Shown here: one piece after another, positions 36,201-40,085 of the stretch
Position numbering within the stretch: the first letter of the stretch is position 1
Layout of the letters: each line of letters starts with the position of its first letter
DNA from: an uncultured Clostridia bacterium
Lineage (GTDB): Bacteria > Bacillota > Clostridia > TANB77 > CAG-508
Length of the DNA: 40,085 nt
Assembly (NCBI GenBank): GCA_947624735.1
Contig: CANQLM010000002.1
Span: 1-40,085 of the forward strand
Reading direction: 5' to 3'
Position numbers and translations under genes: made by a program
The notes under the pieces: model-generated
The model's input: only the letters and a program-made list of their open reading frames with translations
Database searches by the model: none
What the model was told of the DNA's origin: nothing

Positions 36201-37866
36201 ATGAAAATAACTTTTTTAGGAGCTACAAAAGGAGTTACAGGCTCAAACTTTTTAGTAGAAGGAGCAGGAAAAAGATTTTTAGTAGACTGTGGACTTTACC
36301 AAGGAAGAATGGAAGAGGAATTATTAAATGACAGACCATTTGATTTTGACGTAAATTCTATAGATTTCATGCTTCTTACACATGCACATATAGACCACTC
36401 AGGAAGAATACCAAAATTATATAAAGATGGATATAGAAATCCAGTATATGCTACAAAGGCAACAGTAGACTTATGTGAAATAATGCTTCCAGATAGTCGG
36501 ACATATACAAGAAACAGAAAACGAAATAAAAAATAAAAAACGCAAAAGAGCAGGACAAAAAATATTACTTGAACCACTTTACACTGCAAAAGATGCCATA
36601 GATTGTATGGAAATATTTAAAGGTGTAAAATATGATGAAATCGTAGAAATAACTAAGGATATACAGGTAAGATTTAATGATGCAGGTCATATGCTTGGTT
36701 CTAGCATTATTGAGGTATGGATTACTGAGAATAAAGAGCAGAAAAAAATTGTATTTTCAGGAGACCTTGGAAATAATGACATACCACTTTTAGCAAGTCC
36801 AACTATGATAGATAGTGCGGATTTCCTAGTAATGGAATCTACTTATGGAAGTAGACTTCATTTGAGGAATGATGATAAAGCTGAAATGTTCTTAAATATT
36901 GTATCAGAAACAATTGACAATGGTGGAACAGTTGTAATACCATCTTTTGCAGTAGGAAGAACACAAGAAATCTTATATGAATTAAATAAAATAAAAGACC
37001 AACATAAAAATGATGAAGAATTCCAAAAGAAATATCAAACTTTAATGAGTATACCGGTTTATGTTGATAGTCCTTTAGCAGTATCAGCAACAGAAGTTTT
37101 TAGAAAAAATATGGACCTTTTTGATGATGAAATAAAAGAATTTATCTCAAGAGGCGATAATCCACTTGAATTTCCAGGACTTCATTTTACTAAATCAGTA
37201 GATGAATCAAAGGCATTAAATGAATCAAATGAACCATGTATTATAATTTCAGCAAGTGGAATGTGTGATGTTGGAAGAATAAAACATCATTTAAAACATA
37301 ATATATGGAATCCATTAAGTACAATTCTTTTTGTTGGATATCAAGCACCAGGAACACTTGGTAGAAGAATAATTGATAAAGAACCAAAAGTTAAAATATT
37401 AGGAGAAGAATTTGCCGTAAAAGCAAGGATTGAATATATAGAAGGATATTCTGGACATGCAGACCAAGAAGGATTACTTTCTTTTGTAGCATCATTTAGA
37501 GAAAGAATGCCAAAACATATATTTTTAGTTCATGGAGAACCAGAATCTCAAGAAGTATTAAAAGGCAAAATTGTTGAAGAAACTGGCATAGATGTATCAA
37601 TTCCAAGTTATGGAGAAGAATACGTATTAGATGATACATTAGAAATGACACAAAAATATGTAAATCCTATCAAAAAACAATTTGATAGATTAGAGTTAAT
37701 AGATAAGATGCAATCTTTAGAAGACGAACTAGAAGATATGAAACATGCATTAAAAGAAAATGTAAGACTACAATCTAGTTCAGACGAAGATTTAGCAAAA
37801 CTAAATAATAGAGTAACAGACTTAAGAAAACAAATAGTAGAAATAATGAATAAAGGGGAAAACTAA
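36201..37866 (+). pseudogene. MBL-fold beta-CASP ribonuclease (RNase J/CPSF-like) split by a +1 frameshift
   Basis: ORF 36201..36536 carries HAHIDHSGRIP (MBL motif 2). The family-typical continuation ...GHIQETENEIKNKKRKRAGQKILLEPLYTAKDAIDCMEIF... is read in the next frame from 36499 and runs into ORF 36607..37866 (beta-CASP and the C-terminal HGE). One extra base (C at 36498, between AGT and GGA) accounts for the shift. Confidence 0.8.
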
Positions 37867-39824
37867 TGAAAAAGAAATATTATAATGATGCATTTATTGG
37901 AAATAAAAATATAATAGCAAGTTTTAGTAAATATGGAGAATTACTTAGACTTTATTATCCACTACCAGATTACAGGCAGTATTCAAGCTTCTTCCATATA
38001 GGTATAAAAGTAAACGATTCAAATATTATTTATTTGCATAATGATATAAATAATAAATATAAACAATATTATAATGAAAAATCTAATGTTTTAAATACTG
38101 AAATAGAAAACACATACTTTAATTTAAAAGTAAAACAAACAGACTGTGTAATGATTAATCAAGATGTTGTATTGAAAAAATATGTTTTTAAAAACGAAAA
38201 TTCAATAGACTTAAGTATAAAATTTTTAGCACATTCTAGTGTTTTATCTTCATATAACAATATGGCAGGAGGAATGATTGAAAACGATGCATTAATCCAA
38301 TATAGCCATAGTTTTACTTGTGCAATCTTTTCAGATGAAAAATTATATAGCCACCAAATTAACAATGTTGAAAGAAATATTGTGTCAGGTGAAATATATG
38401 ATAAAGACTATATAGGAATGTCTGAAAACTCAGCAATAAGCTATGATTTAGGAACTTTAAAACCTGGAGAAAAAAGAGAATTTACACTTATAATGTATCT
38501 AAAATATGATGAAGTTAAAATTGCAGAAGTATCAGAAAAAATTACTAAACTAAGAAAAATAAATGTAGATAAAGAAATAGATAAAGTAGACAAATATTGG
38601 GCGAAATTTTTAGATGAACATGACACTTTAAAATTAAAAAAAGACGGCACAGAACTTGGTAACAAATTAGTAGAAATTTATCAAAGAACGATTTTATTTA
38701 TGCCTTTATTAGTCAATGAAAAAACAGGAGCAATTACAGCATCATTGGAGGTTGACGAGGAAAGAGATAAATGTGGTAAATATGCGTACTGTTGGCCAAG
38801 AGATGGAATAATGATATTAAATAAATTAGACCATTTAGGATTTGATGATTTAACAGAAAAATTTTATAGTGTATTCTTAAAAAATACACAATGCAAAAAT
38901 GGAATGTGGGAGCAAAGATTTTATTCAGATGGAAGACTTGCACCATGCTGGGGTTATCAAGTAGATGAAACAGCAATAGTTGTTTGGGAAGCTTATGAAC
39001 ATTATAAATTAATGGAAAAACGCACAGGAAAGAAAAACAAGAAATTTCTAAAAGATAACTTAAAAATGTTAGAACTAGCAACTAGATTTTTAGAAAGATA
39101 CATAAATAATATTTTAGGAAAAGAAGAAAAAGAAGACTTAGTTAGAATTGAACTAGAAAAGAAATATAATTATAAAGAAAGAGATGAAATTTACAAACAC
39201 CCAAGTTATGATATATGGGAAGAAAACGAAGGAATACATTTATACTCTTTATCAAGTATATTTGGAGCATTTTCTGCAATGATAAAAATATATGATGAAT
39301 TATCAGATCTTTATACAAATAACAGATTAAAACAAGATGACATCATATTAAATAAAGCAAGATATGAAAGCTATTTAAGAGAAATCAAAGAATATATATT
39401 AGAACATTTAGTTGATAAAGAAAGAAAAGTATTATTAAGAAATACTACTGATAGATTAGCTGATATAAGTGTATTAGGTTCAGTTATTCCATTTGAAGTA
39501 TTTAAGCCAGAAGAAAAGTTAGTAAAAAATACAGTAGAGCAAATTAATATGACAATAAGAACATATTTAGGTGGATACTTAAGATATCAAGACGATAGCT
39601 ACATAGGAGGAAATAATCCTTGGATAATTGCAACTGCTTGGATGGGAATGTACTACAAAAAAATTGGAGATAAAAAGCAAGCAAATGAATGTTTAAGATT
39701 TATTATAAATAGTGCAACTCCATTAGGACTTTTACCAGAACAAGCAAATAGTGATTTAAATCAAACTTGGGTAATAGGACTTGGTTGGTCACATGCAATG
39801 TTTATAGGAATGTTAATTGATTAA
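37866..39824 (+). CDS. glycoside hydrolase family 15 protein (glucoamylase/glucodextranase/trehalase-like)
   Basis: YCWPRDG and WEENEG catalytic-region motifs with (alpha/alpha)6 barrel-type spacing. The start overlaps the previous stop (TAATG at 37864-68). Confidence 0.85.
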   Translation: MKKKYYNDAFIGNKNIIASFSKYGELLRLYYPLPDYRQYSSFFHIGIKVNDSNIIYLHNDINNKYKQYYNEKSNVLNTEIENTYFNLKVKQTDCVMINQDVVLKKYVFKNENSIDLSIKFLAHSSVLSSYNNMAGGMIENDALIQYSHSFTCAIFSDEKLYSHQINNVERNIVSGEIYDKDYIGMSENSAISYDLGTLKPGEKREFTLIMYLKYDEVKIAEVSEKITKLRKINVDKEIDKVDKYWAKFLDEHDTLKLKKDGTELGNKLVEIYQRTILFMPLLVNEKTGAITASLEVDEERDKCGKYAYCWPRDGIMILNKLDHLGFDDLTEKFYSVFLKNTQCKNGMWEQRFYSDGRLAPCWGYQVDETAIVVWEAYEHYKLMEKRTGKKNKKFLKDNLKMLELATRFLERYINNILGKEEKEDLVRIELEKKYNYKERDEIYKHPSYDIWEENEGIHLYSLSSIFGAFSAMIKIYDELSDLYTNNRLKQDDIILNKARYESYLREIKEYILEHLVDKERKVLLRNTTDRLADISVLGSVIPFEVFKPEEKLVKNTVEQINMTIRTYLGGYLRYQDDSYIGGNNPWIIATAWMGMYYKKIGDKKQANECLRFIINSATPLGLLPEQANSDLNQTWVIGLGWSHAMFIGMLID

Positions 39825-39846
39825 TAGAATATGAAAGGACTATCAT

Positions 39847-40085
39847 ATGGCTAAGACAAAAACTATATTTGTGTGTAGTAGTTGTGGATATGAATCTCAA
39901 AAATGGCTAGGAAAATGTCCTGCTTGTAACGAATGGAATACATTTTATGAAGAAAAAATGCAGCTTACAACAGGAAATGGTGCAAATGTAAAACTAAAAG
40001 AAACTGCCAAACCACTTGCACTAAATAGTGTTGAAGGAAAAGAAGCAATAAGAACCAAAACAGGAGTAGAAGAACTTGATAGAGT
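39847..40085 (+). CDS. radA: DNA repair protein RadA/Sms, N-terminal part (3' end lies outside the window)
   Basis: MAKTKTIFVCSSCGYESQKWLGKCPACNEWNTF matches the RadA zinc-finger N-terminus. The ORF is open to the window end. Confidence 0.9.
   Translation, partial: MAKTKTIFVCSSCGYESQKWLGKCPACNEWNTFYEEKMQLTTGNGANVKLKETAKPLALNSVEGKEAIRTKTGVEELDR

Noticed and set aside
36495-36501. Programmed ribosomal frameshift in the beta-CASP RNase gene
   Set aside because: There is no slippery X-XXY-YYZ heptamer and no rare or hungry codon context. I see no obvious stimulatory SD or stable downstream structure. A simple insertion mutation or sequencing error is more parsimonious.

Overview
AT-rich (about 30% G+C by eye) chromosomal segment with the gene content of a low-GC Firmicute, probably a Clostridia-class anaerobe (rubrerythrin, YtxC, FtsK/SpoIIIE, adjacent miaB-mutS). 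I call 31 intact protein genes plus one frameshifted gene. 30 of the 32 lie on the + strand. I found no rRNA, tRNA, CRISPR array, transposase, integrase or phage genes. Most of the window is housekeeping: tyrS, rpmF, rpmE, miaB, mutS, trpS, obg, lexA, ftsK and radA. Three blocks look accessory. (i) A 1771-aa mosaic surface protein lies just upstream of rpmF. (ii) A cell-envelope block lies between trpS and obg: an M15 peptidase, two tandem transglutaminase-like paralogues, an MBOAT acyltransferase, an SGNH-like partner and a small anchored protein. (iii) A TetR-headed cluster encodes acyltransferase-GT8-GT8-acyltransferase. The most unusual object is non-coding: a roughly 48% G+C core of about 130 nt, bracketed by a 23-25 nt inverted repeat, between the acyltransferase cluster and the lexA promoter (29609-29786). 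It looks like a structured RNA, a MITE-like insertion or an elaborated terminator, and I cannot match it to any RNA family I know. Other points: a beta-CASP RNase gene broken by a one-base insertion, an unusual phased CAAAC operator array at the lexA promoter, a 30-bp palindrome across the TetR promoter, short tandem repeats in two leaders, and a Cys-rich insert in TrpRS. I do not see a clear novel multi-gene system such as a defence or secretion system. The findings are scored on that basis.
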